64,000 nucleotides of DNA. It comes from the human T2T-CHM13v2.0 reference genome, Homo sapiens. Position 1 is the first letter of the stretch, and every line of letters starts with the position of its first letter. A program made the translations under genes and the position numbers. The stretch lies in assembly GCF_009914755.1 (NCBI RefSeq), contig NC_060930.1; one strand, given 5' to 3'. The notes beneath the pieces were generated by a model, which was not told the origin of the DNA, ran no database searches, and saw only the letters and a program-made list of their open reading frames with translations. Below, piece after piece: positions 44,160 to 57,745 of this stretch.

Positions 44160-45858
44160 GGAAACAGTAAAGTGGAAAATATAGCGATAGAAATAATGAA
44201 AAATAAAACAGAAAAACATAAGATGTAAAAGAGCACCATTGAACTGTTGAACAACTAAAGGGGCCTAATATAAATGTAACTGGAGTTGCCAAAGGAGAAG
44301 ACTAATACAAGGAGACAAAATGTATGAAGAAATAATATTAAGTTAAAAATTTGATGAACAATTATATACACCTATCCAGTAATCTCAACAAAATACAAGT
44401 TCAAAAACATGAAGAATAACTAAAAAGGCACATTATCATCAAATTGCATAAAACATTTAAGAATTTTTGAAAGTTAACAGCAGACAGAGAAAAAGTTCAC
44501 CCTATACACAAAGAAACAAGAATTACCTGAGCTTTCACATTGCAAACAATGTAAGCTAGAAGACAGTTGAGCAGTATCTTTAAAATACTGAAGGAAATTA
44601 TCAACCTGAAATTTTATACCCAGTGAAAATAGCTTTTATTATGAAGAGGAAATACAGATATTTTCAAATACAAAAAGCTGAAAATATTTATGACCAGTAT
44701 AACTGAAGTAAAAGAAATGTTCAATGAAATCATTCACGCAAAAGAAAACTGATAAAAGATGGAATTCTGGACTTAGAGAAAGAATTGAAGAGCAACAGAA
44801 ATATTGACTACATGGGTAAATATATGACTTTTAAATATTAGGTTGGTGCAAAAGTAATTGCTATTTTTGCCATTACTTTTAATAGCAAAAACTGCAATTA
44901 CTTTTGCATCCACCAAATATTTAATCACTTTAAAATAATAGTTTCAATAAAAACAATAACAATATATTAAAGCATTCATAGCATGTATTTTACTTAAAGG
45001 TATGAGAATAATACCATAAAAACAAAGGGGGAAGAAATGGGAAGAATCAGTAACATTTCTGTACAGCAATAATGAACTAGGTGAAAAAGAAATCAAAGCA
45101 ATTCCATTTACAATAACCACAAAAAGTATAAATTACATAGAAATAAAAGAAGACAAAAGACTTCTACAAGAAAAACTACAAAATACTGATGAAAGAAATT
45201 GAAACAATGAAATGATAAGGCATCTCATGCTCATGGATTGAGAATTAATATTGTTACAATGTCCAAACTACTCACAGAAATCTATAGATTCAATGCAATC
45301 CTTATCAAAAAATCAGTGACAATCTGCACAGAAATAATTCTCAAATTCATATGGAACCATAAAAGATCCAGAATAACCAATACAATCCTGAACACAAATA
45401 AGAAAGCCAGAGACATCAGATATCTGCCTTTAAAATATACTTCAATGCTCTATGAAGCAAAACAGCATGGTATTGGTATAAAAACAGATACACAGACAAA
45501 TGAAACAGAACACAGACTCCAGAAATAAATCCATATATCTATAGCCTCTGATTTGGGACAAAGGTGCCAATAACATACAATGGAGAAAGGACACTGTGCT
45601 TAGTACATGATCCTTGGAAAGCTGAATGTCCATGTGCAGAATTATAAAACAAGATCCCTATCTCTCACCATGTACAAAATCAACTAAAAATTGATGGAAG
45701 ACATAAATGTAAGACCCAAAACTTTAAAACTACTAGGAGAAAACATGGGAGAAATGTTTTAGGACATTGGTCTAGGTAAAGATTTCATGGCTGAGCCTTC
45801 AAATGCACAGGCAACAAAAGTAAAACAGACAAATGGGAATATATAAAACTAAAAAGCA
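44160..45858 (+). mobile_element. Old L1M ORF1 and L1 ORF2 fragments
   Basis: ORF 45238..45528 RINIVTMSKLLTEIYRFNAI is L1 ORF2. Confidence 0.8.
44838..44917. mobile_element. MADE1 (Hsmar1 MITE)
   Basis: ttaggttggtgcaaaagtaattgc...gcaattacttttgca; near-palindrome of about 80 bp, TA-flanked. Confidence 0.92.
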
Positions 45859-45859
45859 C

Positions 45860-47535
45860 TGGATCTGGCAAAATGGCCGAATAGGAACAGCTCTGGTCTG
45901 TAGCTCCTAGAGAGACCAAGGCAGAAGGCAGGTGATTTCTGCATTTCCAACTGAGGTACCCTGTTCATCTCATTGGGACTGGTTAGGCAGTGGATGCAGC
46001 CCACAGAAAGAGAGCAGAAGCAGAGTGGGGCGCCTCACCCGGGGAAGTACAAGGAGCAGGAGGCCTCCCTTTCCTAGCCAAGGGAAGCCATGAGGGACTG
46101 TGCTATCCAGCCCAGATACTATGCTTTTGCCACGTTTTTTGCAATCTGCAGACCCAGAGATTCCCTCATGTGCCCACACCACCAGGGCCCTGGGTATCAA
46201 GCACAAAACTGGGTGGATGTTCAGGTAGACACTGAGCTAGCTGCAGGAGTTTTTTTTTTTTTTCATACCCCAAAGGCACCTGGAACCCCAGCAAGACAGA
46301 ACCATTCACTCCCCTGGAAAGGAGGATGAAGCCAGGGAGCCAGGTGGTCTCGCTCAGCAGGTCCCACTCCCATGGAGCCCAGCAAGCTAAGAACCACTGG
46401 CTTGAAATTCTCTTTGCCAGCACAGCAGTCTGAAGTCCACCTGGGATGACTGAGCTTGGTGGGGGGAGGGGCGTCATCCATTACTGAGGCTTGAGTAGGC
46501 AGTTTTCCCCTGACAGTAATAAGGACTGGGCGGAACTCAACACAGCAAGGCAAAGTGGCTGTGGCCAGACTGCCTCTCTAGATTCCTCTTCACTGGGCAG
46601 GGCATCTCTGAAAGAAAGGCAGCAGCCCCAGTATTAAACTCCCATCTCCCTGGGACAGAGCACCTGGGGGAAAGGGTGGCTGTGGGCGCAGCTTCAGCAG
46701 ACTTAAACATTCCTGCCCACTGGCTTGAAGAGAGCAGTGGATCCTGACAAGGAGGGTTCTCCCAGCACAGTGCTGGAGCTCTCCTAAGGGACAGACTGCC
46801 TCCTCAGGTGGGTCCCTGACCCCCATGCCTCCTAACTGGGAGAAAACTCCCAACAGGAGTTGACAGACACCTCATACAGGAGAGCTCCAGCTGGCATCTG
46901 GCGGGCTCCCCTCTGGGATAAAGCCTCCAGAGGAAAGATCAGGCAGCAGCCTTTGCTGTTCTGCAGCCTCCTCTGGTGAAACCCAGGCAAACAGGGTCTG
47001 GAGTTGACGTCCAGCAAACTCCAGCAGACTTGCAGAAGAGGGGCTTGTTAGAAAAAAACTTACAAATGGAAAGCAATAACATCAACATCAACAACAAAAG
47101 GACCCCCACACACAGAAACTCCATCCAAAGGTCATCAGCCTCAAAGATCAAAGGTAGATAAATCCACGAAGCTGAGGAAAAAACAGCGCACAAAGTCTGA
47201 AATTTACAAAAACCAGAATGCCTCTTCTCCTCCAAACAATTGCAGCTCCTTTCCAGCAAGGGCAAAAAACTGGACAGAGAATGAGTTTGACGAATTGACA
47301 GAAGTAGGCTTCTGAAAGTGGGTAATAACAAACTCCTCTGAGCTAAAGGGGCATGTTCTAACCCAATGCAAGTAAACTAAGAACCTTGACAAAAGGTTAC
47401 AGGAACTGCTAACTAGAATAAACAGTCTAGAGAACATAAATGACCTGATGGAGCTGAAAAGCACAGCACGACAACTTTGTGAAGCATACACAAGTATCGA
47501 TAGCTGGATGAAGCAGAAGAAAGGATATCAGATAA
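45860..47535 (+). mobile_element. L1PA7/8-like 5'UTR plus ORF1 start, lacking the 3' part
   Basis: aaatggccgaataggaacagctctggtctg...; highly similar to the reverse complement of 6450-8069. Confidence 0.9.
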
Positions 47536-48789
47536 AAACATAAAATGTTTTATCTCAATCATTTTTAAAGTTTTTTTGAAAAATTTAATAAAAAATATGC
47601 CTCCAATCTTAATGGAATTAAATTAGAAATCAATAACAAAAAGATAATTGGAAGATCCATAGGTATTTTTAAATTAAATAACATATCTAAATGATCCTAA
47701 GTCAAAGACAAAACCAAAGGAAAATTACAGAATATTTTGAACTGGATTACTAAGAAAGTGTAACATATTAAATTTTGTGAAAGGCTGCAAAACAGTATTA
47801 GGGTGAAATTTATTGCATTAAATAGCTTTATTTAAAAAAATGAGTTGTCTTGAGTCAATGACTTCAGCTCTACCTTAAAAAGGCAGTAAAAGAAGAGGTA
47901 ATTAAAACCAAGTAAGTAGAAGAAAGGAAATAATAACAATGAGAGAGGAAAATAACATAATTTAAAAAAAAACAGGAAAACAAAGGAGAAAAACCATAGA
48001 AACCAAAGTCTTGCTATTTGAGAACAATAAAATTGACAAATATCTGCCATGTTAGAACAAAAAGACAAAAATACATATTATCATTTTAGAAATAGAAGAA
48101 ATGATGTTACTACATATTCTACAGCTATTAAATGGTCAATCCAAAAACATGATGCTCCTGAATTTAATCATATATGGAATTAATATATTTCTTAAAACAT
48201 AGACTTTAAAAGCTCACTGTGGAAAGCCTGTACAAACAATGCTGAGAAACTACAAAACAGTGTGGAGAAAAATTAAAGATTACCTAAGTAAGTGAAGAGG
48301 TATACCTTGTTCATGGATTAGAAGACTCAATATTGTTGAGATATTAATTATTCCCAAATTAATCTGTTGACTCAATGCATTGCCAATCAAAATCCAAGCA
48401 CAATTACTGGTAGAATTTGACAAACTGGTAGTCCACATGGAAATGGGAAGGTCTGAGAGCAGCCAAAAACAATTTCGATAAAGACAAGCAAAGTTAGTGG
48501 AATAGTAGTTATCAAGACAGTGTTGTATTGTCATAAAGATAGACAAATTGAGTAACAGAATATAAAAAATAATCCAGATGAAATACTCACATATTTATAA
48601 ACAACTTCTTATTGACAAGGGTACAAAGGCAATTCAGTTGAAAAGGATAATCTTTTCAACAATTTTTGCTTAAACAATTTGATATCCATATCAAAAAATG
48701 AATAAACACATTCTTGTTCATATCTCTCACATCACACTAAAATTAACCCAAAATATAAAAAAGACATAAGTTTAAATCATATAAAACTA

Positions 48790-49150
<361 letters not shown>

Positions 49151-49745
49151 TTAGGCAAAGATTTCTTAGCTATTACACCAGAGCATAATTCACAAAAAAA
49201 GCAAATTGATAAATTTGGCTTCCTCAAAATTGAAAAGGTTTGTTCTTCAAAAAAAACAAAAACAAAAAAAACACTATTAAGAGAATGAAATGACAAGCCA
49301 CAGATAGGTAAAAATATTTGAAAATTATATATGTGATAAAGGACTATGTCCAGAATATAAAAATAACCCTCAAACTTAGTAATAAGAAATCAAACAACAG
49401 AATTTTATAAATAAAGTATCTGAAGACACTTCATCAAAGGAAATATTCAAACAACCACATGAAACCATGCCAATGTCATTAGTCATTAGAAATATGAAAA
49501 TTAAGGCAACCATGAAATACCATTACACATGCATCAGAATGGCTAGAATTAAGAAGCAAACCATAATAGTTTTTGGCAAGATAGAGAAACTGGAACTCTT
49601 ATACACCCTTCTGGGAACATAAAATATTACAACCAGTTTGGAAACCAGTTTGGCAGTTTCTTAAAATGTAAAACATACATTTACGGTACAGTCTAATCAT
49701 TCTCCTCATAGGTATTTACCTACATGAAATAAAAGTATACATCTG

Positions 49746-50065
49746 AGCTGGGCTTGGTGGCTCACACCTATAATCCCAGCTACTCAGGGAACTGAATGGG
49801 AGGATTACTTGAGGGCAGGAGTTCAAGACCAAACTGGATAGCATAGCAAGACCCTCTCTCTAAAAAACATTTTTTTTAAAAAAACTAGCTGGTCATGGTG
49901 GTGCAGAATTAGCCAGGCATGTGACTCTATTCCCAACTACGCAGAAGACCAAGCAGGAAGATCACTTGAGCCCAGCAGTTCAAGGTTGCATTGAGTTATG
50001 ATCATGCCACTGCACTCAAGCGTAAGTGACAGAGTGAGACCCCGTCTCTAAATAACAACAACAAA
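49746..50065 (+). mobile_element. AluJ
   Basis: gatcacttgagcccagcagttcaagg; atgatcatgccactgcac. Confidence 0.9.
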
Positions 50066-50131
50066 ATCTATATCTATACAAAGAGCTAAGCACAAATGTT
50101 CATAACAGTTTGGTGTAATAGCCAAGACAAA

Positions 50132-50309
50132 ATCTAACTGCAAATTAGGCAACTTCTACTGTTCTCTTATCTGTTTTCCATGTACAAACACAACCATTCC
50201 ATTTTGCCATTCAACTTAGTACCCCTTCACCTTCCTCCTCCATTGTTTTCTGCATCCCAAATAGATATCATTAGTTTGTGAAAACCAAATGGAGAAATTG
50301 TCTAATGCT
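50132..50309 (-). pseudogene. FN3-like pseudo-exon (5' part)
   Basis: Acceptor atatttaag|; ALDNFSIWFSQTNDIYLGCRKQWRRKVKGY*VEWQNGMVVFVHGKQIREQ*KLPNLQLD. Confidence 0.6.
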
Positions 50310-50569
50310 CTTAAATATTTTTAACAAAAATTAGTCTTTAAGTTTCTTTTTATTTTTCATATTAGTTGTTAAGTTTTCCCATCATTTTTTGTGTGGTATA
50401 ATCACACATCATAATGTTAAAGGGCATCACTTATTTTAAGGGTAAATGTAAAAATGGAATGTATCTGTAACTGATAATATAATTTTGAAATAACAGCATG
50501 AATCTTACCATATATGCAATGTCTGCACTCAACACTCAAGTGAATTAAAAGAAAGTGAAAAAGTAAAGG

Positions 50570-50751
50570 TCTATTTTAATAGCTTTGGCTTCTCGTGACA
50601 ATTTTGTGTTTTGTTTTACCCAATATCATACATATATCAAGTAAGATGTCCACACTTCTAGGTTCAGGTAGTATTTTAAGACTCCTAACATGTCTTGATT
50701 TGATGTCTGCTGATTATTAGTCTTAGGATTGTTGTTGTAGAAAAGAGGAAT
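50570..50751 (-). pseudogene. FN3-like pseudo-exon
   Basis: Strong acceptor ttctttacccaatcccttcttttcag|; IPLFYNNNPKTNNQQTSNQDMLGVLKYYLNLEVWTSYLIYV*YWVKQNTKLSRE with a single TGA (50626-28). Confidence 0.55.
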
Positions 50752-50986
50752 CTGAAAAGAAGGGATTGGGTAAAGAACAAAGTGTAATGTTGTGTATTTC
50801 TATACTCAAATATGTTTTCAGTTATATGTATGTGTGCATTTATTTTAAGGCAGAAATAAAATATCTTAAAATACAGCTATAGGAAATTATTAACATGAAT
50901 TTACAGTTAGTTAATACTGGACACTGTTGGTAAGTCCATAAAAATTAAATTTGTAATTTTTCCTTCCTCTTTATTCTATTTCTGTT

Positions 50987-50996
50987 ACACACACAG

Positions 50997-51035
<39 letters not shown>
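50987..51035. repeat. (CA)n microsatellite
   Basis: ca run. Confidence 0.97.
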
Positions 51036-51039
<4 letters not shown>

Positions 51040-51105
51040 CCCCCTAAATATTTTTAGTTGATTTGATGTCTTTGATCACAAACTCTGATAACAAACTCTG
51101 GAAAT

Positions 51106-51367
51106 CTACATCTGCTTTCTTTCTGAATTAAAACAAAATCTTGATTGATCCAAGCAGCTGACTAGGTTCATTACAGTTTCAGATACAACATAAATTCTAC
51201 CAAAGTATTTTGTGTTACTTGGAATACTACCACTGATCATTGCAAAATCACAACTTAGACATGATTCCAGAGTGATAGAACAGCTATGACGGTACTGATT
51301 TAATGTAATTTCAAAGCCAACTATCAAAGGCTTTTCCCATTTCACATGTTTAATATTTCTAGGGAAC
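51106..51367 (-). pseudogene. FN3-like pseudo-exon, frame still open
   Basis: Acceptor ggttttctgtttgatag|; FPRNIKHVKWEKPLIVGFEITL...AMISGSIPSNTKYFGRIYVVSETV (ORF 51106..51402). Confidence 0.6.
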
Positions 51368-51580
51368 CTATCAAACAGAAAACCAGGCTTATTAATTACC
51401 ATATTTTGCTGAGTGTTTTATGTGTTCAAGGCATCATATGAAATGAGGTCCATTATCATAAAAATGCACTGATTTAATTTGTAATAATATTTCCTTCTAA
51501 AATTATAATACCCAAAGTTGTCTTTTTTATAGTTATTATTTTTACATTTGTCTTGGGATGTATGAAAGACAAAAGAGGTT

Positions 51581-52150
51581 CAGATGCTCCTCAACTTATG
51601 ATGGGGGTACATCCTGAGAAGCCCATTTTAAGTTGAAAATATAGTAAATTGCAAAAGCATTTATTATACCTAACTTACCAAACATGATTAGCCTACCTTA
51701 AACATGCTTACAACACTTACATTAACATTCACTTTGACAAAAATCACCTAACAAAAAGCATATTTTATAATAAAGTGTTGAGTATCTCATGTAATTTATT
51801 CAATACTGTACTGAAAGTAAAAAATAGAATGTTTTCATGAGTCTCACTATTAACCTACACAGCTAAAAGCACACTGGGCCTAAAGAATGTTTAAAGCATT
51901 GAACTAAAATTATTTGCTGGATTATGGCGATGCAACAGCAACAGGGTCATCAATTTCTCTCTCTTCTATGAATTTTGAGAACAACTAGTAGAACGTTCTT
52001 GGGTATTGATACTTGTTGATGGTTTAACTGGTATTGCATAGCTGACTAGGAGCTGCAGCTTGGTGCAGCTTCCCATAACAAGAAGAGAGTTGGCTTGTCG
52101 TTTTCACACCATTTTAAAGTAAAAAAAACCATAAGTCAGAGGCCAACTGT
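51581..52150 (+). mobile_element. Tigger5/MER47-like DNA transposon
   Basis: cagatgctcctcaacttatgatggggg...ccataagtcagaggccaactg. Confidence 0.8.
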
Positions 52151-52769
52151 ATAGAGAAAATTTCTCCTCCTTATTCATTGATAGTTTAATAGTATTGATT
52201 GCTACTTATTGATCATTAGCTACATTAACTGTATCCACTACAGAAGCATGTAGTGGAAGTCAGAGTTCTGTTAAGTAAAATGAAAATTAAAATAAAGCAT
52301 ATACTTTATACATAAGTCATCTTAATTTTAAATGACTTAAATAAAACTAGCTTAAGTAACTTTATATCTTTCCAATATGGAATATGGATCATTTCTCCCA
52401 ATTCTCTTTTCCTGGTATTTAATGAACATGTGCTGAGTTCATATTAGTCACAAAATACCATAGTAGATATTTGGGAAGACTTGAATATGTATTTCTAACA
52501 ATGTTGTTTTTTTTTTTTTGGTTGTGTCTTTAGCAAGCTCCACTTTGCTTTATCATTAGTTAACATGCATTATCATTGACAGATTTCTAAAGATGCCTAT
52601 ATTGCCTAAAGATTATTGGTATATTAGGATTCTTATGGCTAGTGCCAGAAACGCAAGAAAAATGAGTCACAAAAAGGAGGACTTTATTCACTCATTTAAC
52701 CTAACAAATGGTCTGGTAGCCATAGCTGAGCCTCAGGAAAGTTGGGACACCATGTATGAATCCTCCCAT

Positions 52770-53450
52770 AGATCCACAGATAAAGAAATTATGGCATACA
52801 CACACACACACACACACACACATACACACACACACAAATAAAACATTGAGACTTAATAAAAAATGAGATTCTGTCATTTGCAGCAACATGGATGGAGCTA
52901 GAGAACATTACAGTATGTGAAATCAGCCACCCACAGAAAGAAAAATGCTTCATGATCTTATTTATATGTAGAGCATTTTAAAAAGTTGACTACATAGAAA
53001 CAGAGTAAAACAGTGATTACCAGAGTGGTGGCAGGGAAAGGTGTCCTGAGATATTGATCAAAGGGTACAAAGTTGCATTTATGTGGGATGGATAAGTTTA
53101 GATATCAAATGTACAACATGAAGGCTATATTTAATATTGTATTGTATACTGGTTATTTGCCAAGAAAGTGAGTTTTAGGTAATCTTACTACAAAATAAAA
53201 AGAAATGTGATGATGATTATGCTAATTTGCCTGACTGTAGTAATCACTTCACCATGTATATGTATCTATTGTACATTTCAAAATAGCAAGAAGAGAATAA
53301 CTTGAATATTTAGCATAAAGAAAAGACAAATGTTTAAGATAATGGACACCCCCTTTACCCAGATTTGATCTACAACTTATGTGAATGTATTAAATTACCA
53401 TATTTAGCCCAAAACTGTGTACATCTATTATATATAAATTTAAAAACGTT
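52770..53450 (+). mobile_element. L1MA 3' end containing (CA)n at 52798-52836
   Basis: tgtcatttgcagcaacatggatggagc. Confidence 0.85.
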
Positions 53451-53459
53451 TAGGAATTT

Positions 53460-56310
53460 TTGGAGGGTCATGACAGACGGGAGGCAGGACTAGGTTGCAG
53501 CTCTGACTTGAACAGACAGAGGAGAGTTTTGAGGCCCACATCTTGAATTTTTGCTCCAGAATGACAGCAGGGATAAATCAGGAGACCTGAGAGGGCCCAC
53601 AGACCCCCTGAAGGAAGCAGATTGCTCCTGCAGGACCCAGGAGACACCCCACATACTGTGAGTGCCCAAACTGTGGAAGTGGGAAGTTCATCCACCCCCG
53701 GACACACCACCCCCCGCCCAATGGGGAAACTGAAGATCTAGATCAAGAGGAGATATTGATGTTACCTGAAGCTGAGTCAACTTGGAGAACTGAGGGAAAT
53801 ACGGGAGTAGGGGAAGCAGTGGTAAAAGCCTTGGGAGCTCACTGTGTCCCCTAGCAACCCATTTCTGCCTAGCCTCACAGGGGTCCTCCAGGAGGGTGGC
53901 CAGCGGCACTGGGAAAAGGCCACAGGGAAAAGGAAATCTTCAGCTGAACTATGTTACAATTTGAACTGATCAAGAAGCCTCCTGACCAGAACTTGGGGGA
54001 GGGCGTGAAGCTGGTGTGCAGACTCCACCGGTGGGGGTAGAAGAAAAGCCATATTTGCTTTCCCAGCTGGGAGGCAGGTAGCCTGGGGCAAGTTCTCAGC
54101 CCTGCTTGCCCACTGCCTGGAAACAGAATTGGTGCTGTTAGGGGTGGGACACAGTGGGAGTGAGACTGGCCCTTCAGATTGGGTGGGAGCTGGATATAAA
54201 GCTGTGACCACCAGCTTTCCCCCATTTCCCTGACAACCTGCATGACACAGTAAAGTTTGTCATAATCCTTCCAGGAATATAACTCCATTGACCTGGGAAT
54301 CTCACGCTTATCTCCCACAGCAGCTGCAGCAAGACCTGCCCAAGGAGAGTCTGAGTTCAGACACTTCTAGTCCTGCCCCCACCTAATGGGCCTTCACTAC
54401 CCACCCTGGTAACTGAAAACAAAGGGCATATACTCGAGAGTTTTAGGGCCCCACCCACTGTCTATTCCTCCCCATACTACCACAGCTGATGCTCTCTGGA
54501 AAGCACAACCTCATGGCAGGAGGCCAACAAGCACAAAAATAGTGCATTAAACCACCAAAGCTAAGAACCCTCACAGAGTCCATTTCACCTCCCTGCCACT
54601 TCCACTAAAACAGGTGCTGGTATTCATGACTGAGAGATCCACAGAAGGTTCACATCATATAACCCTGTGCAGACAACCCTCAGTACCAGCCCGGAGCGTA
54701 GTAGACTTGCTTGGTGGCTAAATCCAGAAGAGAGATAACGATCACTTCAGCTCAGCTCACAGGAAGCCACATCCATAGGAAAAGTGGGAGAGTACTGCAT
54801 CAAGGGAACTCCAAGTGAGACAAAAGAATCTGAACAATAGCCTTCAGCCCTAGACCTTCCCTCTGACAGAGCCTACACAAATGAGAAGAAACAAGAAAAC
54901 CAACTCTGGTAATATGACAAAATAAGTTCTTTAACACGCCCAATAAATCACACTAGCTCACCAGCAATGGACCCAAACCAACAAGAAATCACTGATTTAC
55001 CTGACAGAGAATTCAGGAGGTTAGTTACTAAGCTAACCAGAGAGGCACCAGAGAAAGGTGAAGCCCAGTGTAAAGAAATCAAAACAAGGATACAATAAGT
55101 GAAGGGAGAAATATTCAAAAAAATAGCACAAATAAAAAACAATCAAAACTTTAGGGGAAAATGGAGACACTTAGAGAAATGCAAAATGCTTTGGAAGGTC
55201 TCAGCAATATAATTCATCAAGTAGAAGAAAGAACTTCGGAGCTCAAAGACAAGGTCTTTGAATTATTCCAACAATGACAAATAAAAAAGAATAAGAAAAT
55301 AAAAACAAAGCCTCCAGAAAGTGTGGGATTATGTTAAACGACCAAACCTAAGAATAATCAGTGTTCCTGAAGAAATAGAGAACTCTAGAGGTTTGGAAAA
55401 CATATTTGGGGGAATATATGAGTAGTATTCCATCATATAAATATACCACATTTTGGGGGGAATATATATTTGTTGACTGTTCCTTTCACCATGCAAAAGC
55501 TTGTGAGTTTAATTAAATACACAAATGACTAATAAACATATGAAAAAATGCTCAGCATCACTAATGATCAGAGAAATGCAAATCAAAACCACAATGTGAT
55601 ACTGCCTTACTTCCACAAGAATGGCCATAAACAAACAAATAAATAATAGATGTTGGCATGGATGCAGTGAAAAGGGAACACTTCAACACTGCTGGTGGGA
55701 ATGTAAACTAGTACAATCACTATGGAAAACAGTGTGGAAATTCCTTAAATAACTAAAAGTAGAACTACCATTCGATCCAGCAATCCCACTACTGGGTATC
55801 TACCCAGAGGAAAAGAAGTCATTTTCCTAAAAAGATACTTGCACACGCATGTTCATAGCAGCACAATTTGCAATTGCAAAAATGTGGAACCAACCTAAAT
55901 GCCCACCAATCAATGACTGGATAATGAAAATGTGGTATATTTATATGATGGAATACTAGTCAGCCATAAAAAAATGAACTAGTGGCATTTGCAGCAACTT
56001 GGGTGGGATTGGAGACTATTATTCTAAGTGAAGTAACTGAGGAATGGAAAACCAAACATCGTATTTTCTCACTCTTAAGTGGGAGCTAAGCCATGAGGAG
56101 GAAAAGGCATTAAGAATGACACAATGGACTTTGGAGATTCAGGGGTAAAGGTTGGGAAGGGGGTGAGGGATAAAAGACTACAAATAGTGTGAAGTATGCT
56201 GCTGGGGTGATAGGTGCACCAAAATCTCACAAATTGCCACTAAAGAACATATTCATGACACCAAACAACACCTGTTCCCCAATAACCTGTGGAGATTTAA
56301 AAAAAAAGTT
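53460..56310 (+). mobile_element. L1PB element: 5'UTR plus ORF1 start joined through short inverted pieces to the 3' end (internal several kb missing)
   Basis: gacgggaggcaggactaggttgcagctc 5' end; ORF1 remnant to 55415; 3' end from 55520. Confidence 0.88.
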
Positions 56311-56559
56311 TAAAAATACATCATTGTATACCTTAAATGCATGCAATAAAATTAGTACAACTGTAAACAAACTAAAAAGGAAGACTTGAGAGATATATCA
56401 TGATTATGCATTCTTAAGACTCCATGATTAGAAGAATTAAATTATTCTCAAATGAAATGTTTGTAGATAATGCAAAACTAGTTCTAAAATTAATATAAAA
56501 TGTAATGAGTACAAATAGACAAAAAGAAATTAGATAAAGACCAAATTTGGAACATTTTT

Positions 56560-57745
56560 ATATATTTTTTTGCCATCTGTATATTTGTAATGAGGTGTCC
56601 GTTAAGCTTTTTGGTCCAGTTTTTAATTAAGTTGTTTGTATTCTTATTGCAGAGTTTTAGAGTTATTTTTATATTTTAGATGACAATTCTTTATTAGATT
56701 TGGCTTTTGCAATTTTTTTTAAGTCTGTGGCTTGTCTTTTCATTATTTTGACAGTGTCTTTCCTTGAGCAGAATTTTGAAAATTTTAGTGAAGTCTAGCT
56801 TATCAATTCTTTATTTAATGGGGCAGGCGAGGTGGCTCACGCCTGTAATCTCAGCGCTTTAGGAGGGCTAGGCAGGCAGATCCCCTGAATTTAGGAGTTT
56901 AAGACCAGCCCGGCCAACGTGGTGAAACCTCATCTCTACTAAAATGAGCTGGGCGGGTGACGCATGCCTGTAATCCCAGCCACTCAGGAAGCCGAGGAGG
57001 GAGAATCGTTTGAACCCAGGAGGCTGAAGTTTCAGTGAGCTGAGATCAGGCCACTGCACTCCAGCCTGGGTAACAGAGTGAGACTCTGTCTCAAATATAT
57101 ATATATATATATATATTTCTTTAATGGATTGTGCCTTTGGTGTATCTAAATGTCATTGCCAAACCCAAGGTCATCTTGATTTTCTTTTATGTTATCTTCT
57201 AGGAGTTTTATAGTTTTGTGTTGTACATTTAGGTCTGTGATCCATTGTAATAAATTTTTTGAAGCATGTAAAGTCTGTGTCCAGATTCTTTTTTTTCCAT
57301 ATTAATGTCTAGTTGTTCCAGAACCATTGTTTCAAAAGGCTATCTTTTCTTCATTGTATTGTCCTTGCTACTTTGTCAAAGATCGGTTGACTTTGACAAC
57401 TGATCTTTATCTTTGACAACTGATCAAAGTCAACTGATCTTTATCAAAGTGAGTCTATTTATTAACTCTACTCTGTTCCATTGATCTATTTATTCTTTCA
57501 CTAATACCACATTTTCTTGATCACAACAGCTTAATAGTAATTCTTAAAGTCAGGTAGTGTCAGTCCTCAACTTTTGTTCTTCTCCTTCAGTATCGTGTTG
57601 GCTATTCTGGATCTTTTGCCTCTTGGTATAAACTTTAAAATCAATTTATCAATATCCAAAAACTAGATTGCTGGGATTTTGTTTGGGATTGCACTGAATC
57701 TATTAATCAACTTGGAAATAACTGACATCATGATATTGTTGTCTT
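56560..57745 (-). mobile_element. L1MA/MB ORF2 fragment
   Basis: gtagtgtcagtcctcaacttttgttcttctccttcag. Confidence 0.8.
56821..57115 (+). mobile_element. AluS with (TA)n tail
   Basis: Alu body, tail aaatatatata. Confidence 0.93.

Noticed and set aside
53468-54318. GC-richer region with ORFs up to 147 aa as a CpG-island gene
   Set aside because: It is the L1PB 5'UTR
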